DNA from: a bacterium
GTDB taxonomy: Bacteria; Actinomycetota; Acidimicrobiia; Spongiisociales; UBA5794
Direction: 5' to 3'
NCBI GenBank assembly: GCA_024228555.1
Contig: JAAETI010000355.1
Location: forward strand, 3,602-67,601
DNA length: 64,000 nt
In this document: piece after piece, positions 19,801 through 32,947 of the stretch
Numbering within the stretch: position 1 is the first letter of the stretch
How the letters are laid out: each line of letters begins with the position of its first letter
Position numbers and translations under genes: made by a program
Notes under the pieces: generated by a model
The model's input: only the letters and a program-made list of their open reading frames with translations
What the model was told of the DNA's origin: nothing
Databases searched by the model: none

Positions 19801-21005
19801 GATCCACCTCCATCAGGGGCCGGGGGCGGCCCGGTGTCGGGCGGATCCGGTGCTTCCTTTTCGGGCTCAGCGGCCGGTTCTTCTACGACCGCCGGCTGCC
19901 GCTCGAGGAGGCGGCGACGGAAGCCCTCTGTCGAGACTACGAAGACGACGACGAGGCCGTTGAGCGCAAGAATCAGGGCAGCCGGCACCTGCACAGCACG
20001 TTGCAGGGCGTTGCCGCCGACCAGCAATCCACCGAACAGGAATGAGGCGGGGATGGTCCACAACGGATGCAGCGCACCAAATAGTGCAGCGACGATTCCG
20101 TTAAAACCCGCACTTCCGGTGAAGCCGGCGGTGGAGCCGTCAGTGACCATGCGGTGGCTCTCGCTACCGAAGACGAGCACCGCCCCGGCGAGCCCGGCCA
20201 TGGCACCGCTCATCGTGAGGGCAAGCACGATCGTCCGCTTGACCGGAATGCCGGCGTAGCGGGAAGCGTCGGTGTTTTGCCCGACTGCCCGAACCCGATA
20301 ACCAAGCGGTGTCCGCCACAGAAGGATATACGCCGCGATAGCGGCGGCGATGGCGAGCAGCGGCCCAATGTGAAGACGGTCGGAACCAAAGAGGAATGGG
20401 AGGTCGGCCGCCTCCGGTAGGCGCTCTGTCTGCGGGATCCGGGTGCCTCGCTCGATCTCTGCCGGATCGATCAGCGGTCCGCGCAGCAAGTAGTTCATGA
20501 ACTGCACTGCCACCACGTTGAGCATGATCGTGCTCAGGATTTCGTTGACTCCGTAGTAGGCCTTGAGTGCACCTGGGATTGCCCCCCAGATAGCGCCACC
20601 AATCAGGCCTGCGATGAGAACCGCGGGAAGCATGATCGCCGCAGGGACGTCGGGCATGTTGAGCGCAACAATCGTGGACAGGAGGGCGCCCATAACCATT
20701 TGCCCTTCACCACCGATGTTGATGACGTTGGCGCGGAAGGCGATAGTGATACCGACACCGACGAAGAGAAGTGGTGTCGCCTTCAGCAGTGTTGCAGTGA
20801 GGGCCTTACCCGAGCCAAAGGCTCCGTCGAACATCGCTTTGACCCCTTCGACGGGGCTGGCATCAAGAGCGATGAGCATGAGCGCACCGAGGACCAAGGC
20901 GGCGAGAACCGAAGCAATTGGGACGCTGTAGGCGAGGAGTCGGCGCCCGCTAATCCCTCCCTGAGACGTCACTCGCTCGACTCCTCTCGAAGTTTCAGGC
21001 CACAT
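19797..21005 (-). CDS. ABC transporter permease (BMP/nucleoside type) with Pro-rich C-terminal tail
   Basis: Multi-TM protein. The C-terminus reads EPAAEPEKEAPDPPDTGPPPAPDGGGS. Confidence 0.85.
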   Translation of the reverse strand: MWPETSRGVERVTSQGGISGRRLLAYSVPIASVLAALVLGALMLIALDASPVEGVKAMFDGAFGSGKALTATLLKATPLLFVGVGITIAFRANVINIGGEGQMVMGALLSTIVALNMPDVPAAIMLPAVLIAGLIGGAIWGAIPGALKAYYGVNEILSTIMLNVVAVQFMNYLLRGPLIDPAEIERGTRIPQTERLPEAADLPFLFGSDRLHIGPLLAIAAAIAAYILLWRTPLGYRVRAVGQNTDASRYAGIPVKRTIVLALTMSGAMAGLAGAVLVFGSESHRMVTDGSTAGFTGSAGFNGIVAALFGALHPLWTIPASFLFGGLLVGGNALQRAVQVPAALILALNGLVVVFVVSTEGFRRRLLERQPAVVEEPAAEPEKEAPDPPDTGPPPAPDGGGS

Positions 21006-21041
21006 GACTGCGGCGTTTGCGTAAGGCTGCTATTTGCTTTA

Positions 21042-21056
21042 CGAATTGTCAATTCG
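21042..21056. promoter_or_regulatory. perfect 7-bp inverted repeat upstream of BMP ABC operon
   Basis: CGAATTG-t-CAATTCG sits in a relatively AT-rich spacer between the PucR-like gene and the transporter operon. Confidence 0.35.
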
Positions 21057-21086
21057 GACGGTCTAGATCTTGCGATTTCGACGACG

Positions 21087-21449
21087 CTAGTCCTTGATGG
21101 CGTTTAGGTAGTTGTAGATCGTGATTCGGCTCACATCCATGGCGTCCGCCACGTACTCGATCGACTTGCGCAGCAGGAAGGCGCCTTGCTCGTCGAGCAT
21201 GCGGACTGCGACTTGCTTGCCGACACGGTCGAGATCCGCCAGTGGCGCTCCCAGTTCCATCTCGATGCGCGAGACAAGAAGCTCGAGTGCATGTGACAGC
21301 GGGGGAAGCCGAATTGCTCCGACCACTTCACCCTCCCAGGAGATCGGGATGTCGCTGCTCTCGATGGCGGGTGCCTCTACGGCGTCGCCGCCGATTGCAT
21401 CGAGCAGAGGTTGCAGTGCTTCGAGCAACTGCTTGCTTGTTTCATCCAT
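21087..21449 (-). CDS. PucR/CdaR-like HTH regulatory protein (short form)
   Basis: C-terminal HTH LLRKSIEYVADAMDVSRITIYNYLNAI resembles PucR_C HTH. Confidence 0.6.
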   Translation of the reverse strand: MDETSKQLLEALQPLLDAIGGDAVEAPAIESSDIPISWEGEVVGAIRLPPLSHALELLVSRIEMELGAPLADLDRVGKQVAVRMLDEQGAFLLRKSIEYVADAMDVSRITIYNYLNAIKD

Positions 21450-21723
21450 CGCGAGTAATTACCTGGATGGATACACGGGAAGCGCCGGCATCGTTGGCCG
21501 CATCGAGCAGCCCTTTGACTGCTTCGATTACGTGTTCGGTATCACCTTCGATGGTCGTACCGAACGGTCCGATTTCTGGCTCAAACCCGTGGACCCGCAC
21601 GGCCTCGACCGCGGCGATGACGTGCGGGCCAGGATTGCCGACCTCGAAAGGCTCGACCAGGAATTCGGCGCTGCAGATGGACGGCACGACGCTCCTCTCA
21701 GATGACGCCACTCTAACCCTCAT
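21442..21723 (-). CDS. YkoF/MTH1187 family (thiamine/HMP-binding-like) protein
   Basis: About 93 aa from the internal Met. SVVPSICS...FGTTIEGDTEHVIEAVKGLLDAANDAGASRVSIQVITRDG matches the MTH1187/YkoF pattern. Confidence 0.65.
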   Translation of the reverse strand: MRVRVASSERSVVPSICSAEFLVEPFEVGNPGPHVIAAVEAVRVHGFEPEIGPFGTTIEGDTEHVIEAVKGLLDAANDAGASRVSIQVITRDG

Positions 21724-21782
21724 ATCTGCAAGGTCGTCTTCCTTGCGGCGTGGGCCAGCCCGTGCGGCGCCGCACAACAGAT

Positions 21783-21838
21783 TTGACAAAAAGTAAAGCC
21801 TCTAAGATGATCAAGAATGCTTTTATTGAGGAGGAGGT
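21783..21838 (+). promoter_or_regulatory. candidate sigma70-like promoter and RBS for xdhD-like operon
   Basis: Consensus -35 TTGACA at 21783..21788 and a weaker -10 candidate (GATGAT) 17 nt downstream. A GAGGAGGAGG RBS lies 3-4 nt before the ATG at 21842. Confidence 0.4.
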
Positions 21839-21841
21839 GCG

Positions 21842-24421
21842 ATGTCTGAAACCACGTCTTTCTCTGTTAACGGACGTGACGTCCAGGTGCGGAGCGATCA
21901 TCCCCATCTGCTGTCAGCTTTGCGCGAAGAAGTAGGGGTTACGTCACCAAAGGACGGTTGCTCCCCTTCGGGTCAATGTGGTGCATGCACTGTATTGCTG
22001 GACGGCAAGGCAATCCAGAGTTGTCTCGTCAATATGGAGAAGGCCTCGGGCAAGACCGTCACAACGCTCGAGGGCTTTGATCCTGACGAACGTGACCGTC
22101 TTTCAAAGGTCTTTGCAGTAACCGGCGCCTTGCAGTGCGGTTTCTGTACTCCCGGCATCTTGGTTCGCACCAAGGCGCTGTTTGATCAGAAAGGCCCGGC
22201 TGGGGTCACTTCGCAGGTGGCCGCGGGTCGCCTCGGTGCGCACCTCTGCCGTTGCACCGGGTACACCAAGATTCTCGAAGCCGTTGAGATGTTGGCAACG
22301 GGCAATATCCCCGAACCGGCCACCCCGCAGCGGATCGGCGATAACGGTGCCAAGTACGAAGGCGTCGAACTGGCGCTCGGTGATCGTGGTTATGTCGACG
22401 ACATGTACCCGGATGGGATGTTGCACGGGGCATTGCGGATGACGGATCACTCCCGCGCTGACATCATCAAGATCGACACATCTGCTGCTGAGGCAGCCGA
22501 AGGTGTCGTCGGTGTGTTCACCGGAGCTGATGTTCCCGGCGAACTCAAGGTGGGGATCATCTACACCGACTGGCCGGTCTTCATCCCCGAGGACGGCCGT
22601 ACCTCGTACTACGGCGATGTCCTGGCCATCGTTGTGGCGGAGACCAAGGCACAAGCGCGCGCCGCCGCCGAGCTTGTCGAGGTTGAGTACAACGTGCTGA
22701 AGCCATTTGCCGATGCGAAGTCGGCTTTGGCTTCTGACGAGGACGCGGTGTGGGGTCTCGACGGCAACGTTCTGTCGACCTCCAAGTACAAGAGGGGAGA
22801 TGTTGACGAAGCGCTCGCGGGTTCTGCACATACCCTGCACGAGGTGTTCAAGACACAGCGCGTCGAGCATGCATTCCTGGAGCCTGAGTCGACGCTTGCT
22901 GTGCCCGACGGCAACGGCAATCTCATGGTCTACTCCGGCGGTCAAGGTGTGTGGGATGATCGCAACCAGATCGCCTCGCTCCTCGGTATCGAGCAGAGCG
23001 CGGTAACGGTCGAACTTGTTTCCAACGGCGGTGCCTTCGGTGGCAAAGAGGACATGTCGAACCAGGGGCAGACGGCTCTTGCCGCCCATCTGCTCGGGCG
23101 ACCGGTCAAGTGCACTCTGTCTCGCGAGGAGTCATTCCGCATTCACGCCAAGCGGCACCCGATCGAGATCGAGGTCTGGGCGGGTTGCGATGCTGACGGC
23201 AAGCTAACCGGTCTTCGGTCGCGGATGATTGGCGATTCCGGCCCGTACGCTTCCGTCGGGATGAAGGTGTTGGAGCGTGCCGCCGGTCACATGTGCGGCC
23301 CGTATGTGTGGGAGACCGTCGATGTCGAAGCGATCGCGGTCCGCACCAACAACCCGGTGTGTGGCGCCTTCCGTGGCTTTGGTGCCAACCAGGCTCAGTT
23401 TGCGATGGAAGGGATCATGGATCGTCTTGCCAGTGCCGTCGGGATCAGCGGGTGGGAAATGCGTTCCCGCAACGTCATCAGCCCCGGGGTGGTGTGGGGT
23501 CCCGGTCAGATCATGGACGACGGCAGCCGTGGCGCCAGGGAATGTCTTGATGCAGTCAAGCCTGCGTACGACCAAGCGCGCGCCGATGGCAAGGCTGTCG
23601 GTATAGGGCTTGGCCTCAAGAACTCGGGTCTTGGCAACGGCTTCCTGGAGATCTCCAAGGCTGTCGTTCGATTTGAGGATGATGGGACTGTCGAGGTGCG
23701 GCATTGCTGGACCGAGATGGGTCAAGGTGTGCACACGGTCGCCCTCCAGGTAGCTGCGGAAGAGCTCAATATCGATGCCGACCGCATCCGGGTTGTGGTT
23801 GACACCACCCGGGAACTCGGAGCGGGACAGACCACAGGTTCCCGTGGCACTTTGATGGTTGCCGGCGGTGTCGCCGACGCGTGCCGGGTTGCCAATGAGC
23901 ACAACCAGGCGCCTGGGGTTGATTATGAAGGCGAGTATCGGGTCGATTGGACCAACGCTCTCGAAGAGGAAGTGGAGAATCCAATTCTGCACTCGGCATT
24001 CGGGTATGCATGTCAGGTCGTTGTCGCCGACAAGGGCACCGGCAAGTTCGACAAGGTGATCGCGGCTCACGACGTGGGCCGCGCCGTCAACCCGATGCTG
24101 GTCGTCGGTCAGGTCGAAGGCGCCGTGCACATGGGTCTTGGATATGCCCTCACTGAGGAGTTCCCGACCGACGACGATGCTCGGCCCACAAACTGGACCT
24201 TGCGTAGCCTGGGGATCCTGCGGGCGAAGGACATGCCGGAGGTGGAAACCATCCTCGTTGAGGTCCCGCAACCTCGTGCTCCCTATGGTGTCAAAGGTGT
24301 CGGAGAAATCGGACTGGTGCCAACTGCAGGCGCGGTTGCCGGAGCCTTCTATGAGGTCGATGGCAAGCGCCGCACTCAGGTGCCGTTCAACATTCATCAG
24401 CCTCTGGAGGTAGCGAAGTGA
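21842..24421 (+). CDS. molybdenum hydroxylase, fused [2Fe-2S] + molybdopterin-binding subunit (XdhD-like)
   Basis: N-terminal ferredoxin with all 8 Cys (CSPSGQCGAC...SC; QCGFCTPG; CRCTGY). Followed by a xanthine dehydrogenase-family MoCo domain (GGAFGGK, GVKGVGEIG). No FAD domain is present. Confidence 0.9.
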   Translation: MSETTSFSVNGRDVQVRSDHPHLLSALREEVGVTSPKDGCSPSGQCGACTVLLDGKAIQSCLVNMEKASGKTVTTLEGFDPDERDRLSKVFAVTGALQCGFCTPGILVRTKALFDQKGPAGVTSQVAAGRLGAHLCRCTGYTKILEAVEMLATGNIPEPATPQRIGDNGAKYEGVELALGDRGYVDDMYPDGMLHGALRMTDHSRADIIKIDTSAAEAAEGVVGVFTGADVPGELKVGIIYTDWPVFIPEDGRTSYYGDVLAIVVAETKAQARAAAELVEVEYNVLKPFADAKSALASDEDAVWGLDGNVLSTSKYKRGDVDEALAGSAHTLHEVFKTQRVEHAFLEPESTLAVPDGNGNLMVYSGGQGVWDDRNQIASLLGIEQSAVTVELVSNGGAFGGKEDMSNQGQTALAAHLLGRPVKCTLSREESFRIHAKRHPIEIEVWAGCDADGKLTGLRSRMIGDSGPYASVGMKVLERAAGHMCGPYVWETVDVEAIAVRTNNPVCGAFRGFGANQAQFAMEGIMDRLASAVGISGWEMRSRNVISPGVVWGPGQIMDDGSRGARECLDAVKPAYDQARADGKAVGIGLGLKNSGLGNGFLEISKAVVRFEDDGTVEVRHCWTEMGQGVHTVALQVAAEELNIDADRIRVVVDTTRELGAGQTTGSRGTLMVAGGVADACRVANEHNQAPGVDYEGEYRVDWTNALEEEVENPILHSAFGYACQVVVADKGTGKFDKVIAAHDVGRAVNPMLVVGQVEGAVHMGLGYALTEEFPTDDDARPTNWTLRSLGILRAKDMPEVETILVEVPQPRAPYGVKGVGEIGLVPTAGAVAGAFYEVDGKRRTQVPFNIHQPLEVAK

Positions 24422-25440
24422 CCACCACAACACCCGGGCTTGTTTGCGCCCACCACCACCTGTACTCGGAGCTGGCAAGAGGAATGCCGGCACCGCCTGC
24501 GGTCGCGACCAACTTTCAGGAGATCCTGGAGCAGGTTTGGTGGCGGCTCGACCGTGCTCTCGACTTGGACATGCTCTATGCATCGGCCCGTCTCGGTGCG
24601 CTCGAAGCTCTCGAATCGGGTACGACTGCCATCGTCGATCACAACGAAAGCCCGAACGCTATCGAGGGCTCGCTGTCTGTTCTTGCGGACGCATGTGAGG
24701 AAGTCGGGGTGAGGCTGCTTACCGCATATGGCGTCAGCGACCGTAATGGGCCCGATCAGGTGAAGCGCGGTCTCGCCGAGAACGAGCGGTTTATCAAAGG
24801 TGGCGGAAAAGCGTTGGTCGGTATCCACGCCGCGTTCACCTGTACCGATGAGTCGCTGGAAGCCGCGGCGGGGCTCGCCAAGGATCTGGGCGTAGGAGTT
24901 CATATCCACGTTTGCGAAGGCATCGGCGATATCGATGCACCAAAGCGGCTCGAAGGTCTAACCGAGGACAACTGGCTCATCAGCCACTGTGTCCACCTTC
25001 CGACGGATCACAACCTCAAGGGCACGATCCTGCACAACCCGCGATCGAATCTAAACAATGGTGTGGGCTACGCCGATCCTGCTCGGTTCGGCAACCCGGT
25101 TGCACTGGGCACCGATGGTATCGGCGCCAACATGATCGAGTCGTTCCGGTTGGCGTATGTGATGCAGCGCTCGGTCGATGTCACCGTTGGCCCCGACCCG
25201 GCGTGGTCATGGCTCGAAGAGGGCTGGAATATCGTGCCCGAGGCACGCAACGACGAGGTCACTTGGTCATACGATCCGATGGACCCCTGGCACATCGCGT
25301 TCACGCCCGGCATCCACCCGCTCGAGGTCAAGGTCGACGGTGAAGTCGTCTTTGCCGGCGGCAAGCCGACGCGGGTCGATGGTGAGGAGATCCGCGCCAA
25401 GGCACGCGAGCAAGCCGCTCGACTGCACGCCAAGCTATAG
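24418..25440 (+). CDS. amidohydrolase (SsnA/chlorohydrolase-like)
   Basis: N-terminal metal-binding HHHLYS. The GTG start overlaps the xdhD stop (GTGA). Placement is syntenic with E. coli ssnA. Confidence 0.8.
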   Translation: MTTTTPGLVCAHHHLYSELARGMPAPPAVATNFQEILEQVWWRLDRALDLDMLYASARLGALEALESGTTAIVDHNESPNAIEGSLSVLADACEEVGVRLLTAYGVSDRNGPDQVKRGLAENERFIKGGGKALVGIHAAFTCTDESLEAAAGLAKDLGVGVHIHVCEGIGDIDAPKRLEGLTEDNWLISHCVHLPTDHNLKGTILHNPRSNLNNGVGYADPARFGNPVALGTDGIGANMIESFRLAYVMQRSVDVTVGPDPAWSWLEEGWNIVPEARNDEVTWSYDPMDPWHIAFTPGIHPLEVKVDGEVVFAGGKPTRVDGEEIRAKAREQAARLHAKL

Positions 25441-25522
25441 ATCTCACAGACAATTGAAAGAGGAGCCCATCACGGGCCACGCAAGTGGTGCCATGGTGGA
25501 CTGAGGCTGAGAGGAGCCGCGC

Positions 25523-29095
<3,573 letters not shown>

Positions 29096-29119
29096 CTAGC
29101 ACTGTCGCCGAATCTGGAG

Positions 29120-29153
29120 CGGAAGCCAGGGGAGGGAATTCCCCTGGCTTCGC
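29120..29153 (+). terminator. strong hairpin after ygfK-like gene
   Basis: GAAGCCAGGGG-agggaatt-CCCCTGGCTTC. Confidence 0.6.
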
Positions 29154-29427
29154 TAATCGCCGTACGGGTCTATGGGCTGCTAGGTGCGGGTAGCAGCAGG
29201 CCGCCTGTCCATTTCAGGTTTCGGTCGCGGAGATCGCCTTGCGTCTGCTCAGCGGGCAAACCCCACGAGATTATGCGGTTGATGCGCTGCGTATGCCGAA
29301 CGGTGAAGGGCAGGTCGCGCATCGTCGTGGTCTCCATGAGTCCAGACCAACTGGGCCGGATACTCGCTAGGCCGAGGGCGAACTACAAGGAGGGAACCGT
29401 GGGCACTCTCGCATTGCAGGAGCACAC

Positions 29428-29528
29428 CTAGAGGGCCAGGGTCACCAGCGGGGCGATGAGACCGATGGCGATGACGGCGCCAACGACCGCACCGAGAAGT
29501 TGAGATTCGCCTCTGCTTCTTTCGGTCA
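29428..29528 (-). CDS. possible 33-aa hydrophobic micro-protein
   Basis: MTERSRGESQLLGAVVGAVIAIGLIAPLVTLAL is a single TM helix. It is below the ORF-track size cutoff and is speculative. Confidence 0.25.
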
Positions 29529-29658
29529 TACTCGTTCCTGCTCCTCGATCTTGCTGAGACCATGTGCGACATGGTGGATCTGCTATTCAGACACTAGTCT
29601 GCGCCACACTAGGACGAAATGCCGACCAGTTTGTGTCGCCGGAATGCGGTGGTGAGTA

Positions 29659-30141
29659 GTGACAACCGATACCAAGAACGACGTACCCAACAGCGAATCT
29701 GAGGGTGAGGACGAGAAGTCCTTCTTTGCTCGCGGCGTCCTGCTGGGTCTCTTCGGCGGCGCTCTTGCCGCGATTCTGGTGATCAGCATCTTCGCATCGG
29801 TTCTTTCGTTGGTCGACGACGTTTTTGGGTCTTCCACCGCGGCGGTGGCCGATTCCAACGAGCCTCCTACCGGTGAAGCCTCGCTCATCGCCACCGGTGA
29901 GGACCTGGCTACGACCAAAGGTTGCGTTGGGTGCCACTCGACCGACGGGCTGGACGGTGTCGGGCCGACATGGAGTGGTCTTGGGGCCACCACCGATGAC
30001 GACTACATCCGGCTCTCCATCACCGACCCCAATGCGGATATCGCGGCAGGGTTTGCGCCCGACTTGATGCCGGCGATTTATGCCGACACGCTGAGCAGCG
30101 ACGACCTTGACGCCCTTGTTGCCTACATCGGGTCTCTCTAG
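29659..30141 (+). CDS. membrane-anchored c-type cytochrome
   Basis: Haem-binding CVGCH motif, an N-terminal TM helix and a class I cytochrome c-like C-terminus. Confidence 0.75.
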   Translation: MTTDTKNDVPNSESEGEDEKSFFARGVLLGLFGGALAAILVISIFASVLSLVDDVFGSSTAAVADSNEPPTGEASLIATGEDLATTKGCVGCHSTDGLDGVGPTWSGLGATTDDDYIRLSITDPNADIAAGFAPDLMPAIYADTLSSDDLDALVAYIGSL

Positions 30142-30145
30142 TCGC

Positions 30146-30586
30146 TCAATTGACCTGCTCCAAGCCTGCAATCTGCACAAACGCATGCAGGCCCATGTCC
30201 TGGGTGTCGTCGAAGCCCATCGCTCGATAGAACCGATGTTGCGAAGTCATATCGTCCGTTAACAGGACCTTCTGCCGAACATGCAAAAACCTGTCTAGGC
30301 AATTCTGCACAAGCAGCCGACCAACTCCACGGTGCTGCCAATCAGGACGCACTAGGACGTCCTGCAGATAGAAAATCGAGACATCGTCGGACAGGCCCCG
30401 GGAGAGGCCGATGAGTTCGGCACCGTTGCGGGCGGTTACGACATGAGTGGAGTTGGCTATCGCGTCGGCTAGAGCGGTGCGGTCTCTGGTGTAGGCGGTC
30501 CAGCCGACAGAGCCGTAGAGGTCATGCAACTCGTCGGCATCAAGAGTCGTCGCTACCTCGATGACCATTTCTGTGTGCGCATCCAT
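30146..30586 (-). CDS. GNAT family N-acetyltransferase
   Basis: VRPDWQHRGVGRLLVQNCLD acetyl-CoA motif. Confidence 0.85.
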   Translation of the reverse strand: MDAHTEMVIEVATTLDADELHDLYGSVGWTAYTRDRTALADAIANSTHVVTARNGAELIGLSRGLSDDVSIFYLQDVLVRPDWQHRGVGRLLVQNCLDRFLHVRQKVLLTDDMTSQHRFYRAMGFDDTQDMGLHAFVQIAGLEQVN

Positions 30587-30633
30587 CTGCCCTGCCTCTC
30601 GCTAGCTTGGCATGAAGTATCCCTCATGACGGC

Positions 30634-31821
30634 CTAGCCCGATCCAACAACGAGCGAGACGCCACCTTCATCCAGGATTGTTTCGGCGCGTTCAGTGATC
30701 GTGCCGTCGTGCACCCTGTGATAGAGATTCTCGCCGGGGCAGGACGTTGCCGCGTGATCGCGGTGACCCGAGATGGTGTCGATGGGCACGTCAAAGGTTG
30801 TGGATGCCCAGGCGACCATCTGTGCCAGAGTCTCGAGTTGCTGTGGTGAAGGGATGTCAGAGTTGTAGTCTCCCTCGACGACGATGAGGAAGTGCCCGTG
30901 CGGGTCGTATTCCGTTGCGGTGTCTCCGGCAGCCCAATCCGGTCGACCTTCGAAGACCGTGCCGTCCCTTCCGACGATGAAATGGTAGGCGACGTCCGGC
31001 CATCCAAGAGACTGGTGCCAGCCTTGCCAGATGCGATATAGCGCCGGCCCCGTCGTGCTGGTGGTGTCGTCGCTGTGGTGGATGGTTATCTGCTGGATCG
31101 AATGTGGGCGCAGGCCGTCTGCCGCCGGCTTTGCCCCCCAACTCTCGCGGGAGACCACGTCGACGGTGTAGGGATGGGGTAGAACCTCGATCTCTTCCAG
31201 ATCGAGGGCGCGAGCGACGAACGTTGCCATCTCGGCTCGGGTGACGGCGCTGGTCGGGCAGAACCGGTCGTTGCTTGGCGGGTTGCAGCCATTGGTGATT
31301 CCGGCCGCACGCAGCTTCTCAATGTCTGCCTCGAACAGAGACTCGTTGTCGTCAACGAAGCTGTCCGCGGTGGCTTCCACCAGACCGAGGCCTCTGCTGA
31401 GGAACGCCGCCATCTGTTCCCTACTCACGGCTTCGTTGGGACAGAATCGTGTATTGGCAGGCGGATTGCATCCGACAGTGATCTGAGCGGCAGCAAGTCG
31501 ATCGATGTCGTCGGCGAATATCGACGTTGTGGTGTCCGTGAATCCGGCCGCCGCGGCGCTCGGCAACTCGAGAGCCCGAACCAGGAATGCAGCCATTTCG
31601 CCGCGAGTCACAGAGTTGGTGGGGCAGAAGCGGGTGTTCAACGGAGGATTGCAGCCCTGAGTAATGCCGGAGGCCGCGATTGCCTCGATGGACCCTTCGT
31701 GGATGCTGGTGTCATCGTCAGCAAACGTCCCGCCAGGCGAGGTATCGGCTACCCCAATCGCGAGTGGGCTCAGCGCGGTAAGGATCATGGCCGTAGCGGT
31801 GAATCGGATGAGGGTACGCAC
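30634..31821 (-). CDS. secreted N-acetylmuramoyl-L-alanine amidase (PGRP/Amidase_2) with three SLH-like Cys-containing repeats
   Basis: Signal peptide, then three ~50-aa repeats of the form F.DD..S.H...I..L...GIT.GCNPP.N.RFCP...VTR.EMAAFL.RAL. The C-terminal Amidase_2 domain has the Zn ligands H...H...C. Confidence 0.85.
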   Translation of the reverse strand: MRTLIRFTATAMILTALSPLAIGVADTSPGGTFADDDTSIHEGSIEAIAASGITQGCNPPLNTRFCPTNSVTRGEMAAFLVRALELPSAAAAGFTDTTTSIFADDIDRLAAAQITVGCNPPANTRFCPNEAVSREQMAAFLSRGLGLVEATADSFVDDNESLFEADIEKLRAAGITNGCNPPSNDRFCPTSAVTRAEMATFVARALDLEEIEVLPHPYTVDVVSRESWGAKPAADGLRPHSIQQITIHHSDDTTSTTGPALYRIWQGWHQSLGWPDVAYHFIVGRDGTVFEGRPDWAAGDTATEYDPHGHFLIVVEGDYNSDIPSPQQLETLAQMVAWASTTFDVPIDTISGHRDHAATSCPGENLYHRVHDGTITERAETILDEGGVSLVVGSG

Positions 31822-31866
31822 GGCGCTGATGGTAGGTCTTTGCCCGGATTGACGTTTTCTGGGTCG

Positions 31867-32706
31867 ATGAGAACGCGAAAAACAGGCGTAAAGGTAGTCC
31901 CCGGAGCTGCCGATAATGGGGGGGTGACTCCAGAGGAACGCGCTGTCGAAGAGGCAAGCGCTCAGAAGGAATTCTCGATAGTCCGGAAGGGATACGACCC
32001 GGCCGAGGTGGATGCTCAGTTGGCCGAGTACGACGAAGCCCTATCCGAGCTCGAGGAGTATGTCGCGCGCCTAGGTCGAGAACTCCAGGATGCCCGGCGC
32101 GAAATCGCCCGCATGAAGGCAGCTGAGAAAGACGCCGTCGAGAAGGCAATGGCTGCCGTATTTGATGCAAAGGAACGCATCATCGATCGCGCCGTGGCCA
32201 AGGCGAAGGAGATCGAAAACCAGGCTCTCACCACGGCAGGCCGACCGACGGTTGAGCTTCCAGCTATCGCCATACCCGACCTGGTCGAAACACCATCGGC
32301 TTCCGCTGACTCTGCAACTGGCGTGGGACCAGACGATGTCCTCCAACAGATGCTCACCGAGGCAGCGACAATCCGCACCCGATTGGACCTTGGCCTCGCC
32401 GCCGCCTTTGACCAGATGGAGCAGATGCAGCAGGACGCCGAACAGCGCGCTTCGAGCATGCTGGATGAAGCCAAGCGGGAATCGGAGAGACTTCGTGCCA
32501 CCGCTGCGGTGACGGCCGCCGAGACGATCATCGAGGTCCAGTTGCCTGGTGAAGCGCCCCCGCCTCAGGACCGGCCCCGACAGTCCCGATATTCGCGCAA
32601 CTCAGCTGGCTTGCCGCGGATCGGGGAAGACGGAGAGGCGTCCGTCATCGAGACCATGAAGGGTCTCCGCACCAAGTTCCGCGAGAGCGAAGAAGCAGCT
32701 CGGTAG
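31867..32706 (+). CDS. DivIVA-domain protein
   Basis: FSIVRKGYDPAEVDAQLAEYDE DivIVA N-terminal motif followed by a coiled-coil. The start is ambiguous (ATG 31867 or GTG 31924). Confidence 0.7.
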   Translation: MRTRKTGVKVVPGAADNGGVTPEERAVEEASAQKEFSIVRKGYDPAEVDAQLAEYDEALSELEEYVARLGRELQDARREIARMKAAEKDAVEKAMAAVFDAKERIIDRAVAKAKEIENQALTTAGRPTVELPAIAIPDLVETPSASADSATGVGPDDVLQQMLTEAATIRTRLDLGLAAAFDQMEQMQQDAEQRASSMLDEAKRESERLRATAAVTAAETIIEVQLPGEAPPPQDRPRQSRYSRNSAGLPRIGEDGEASVIETMKGLRTKFRESEEAAR

Positions 32707-32947
32707 TCGCCCCGTCAGGCTCATACCAATCGCAGGGCTGCGATCAACGGATGTCCACTTCCGCAGAGTCCGAGCCCGAATCGCCAAAGGCCAGCACTCG
32801 GAGAACCGGCCGCAGCGACGCATCTTCAACATGACCGGCCTGGGTCGGGTCCTCAACAACCCGGATCTGCGATACCACGGTCGCGACCGACGCAACGGGT
32901 TCATCCTTCTTCCACGAGACTTTGGTCGAAGTGGTGGCGGCTACGAA

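Noticed and set aside
22103-24583. 328-aa and 459-aa minus-strand ORFs
   Set aside because: They are antisense to the first XdhD-like gene and have no recognisable features.
29587-30186. 199-aa minus-strand ORF
   Set aside because: It is antisense to the cytochrome c gene (CVGCH motif on + strand).
31915-31917. ATG initially taken as DivIVA start
   Set aside because: It is out of frame on recount. The in-frame candidates are ATG 31867 and GTG 31924.
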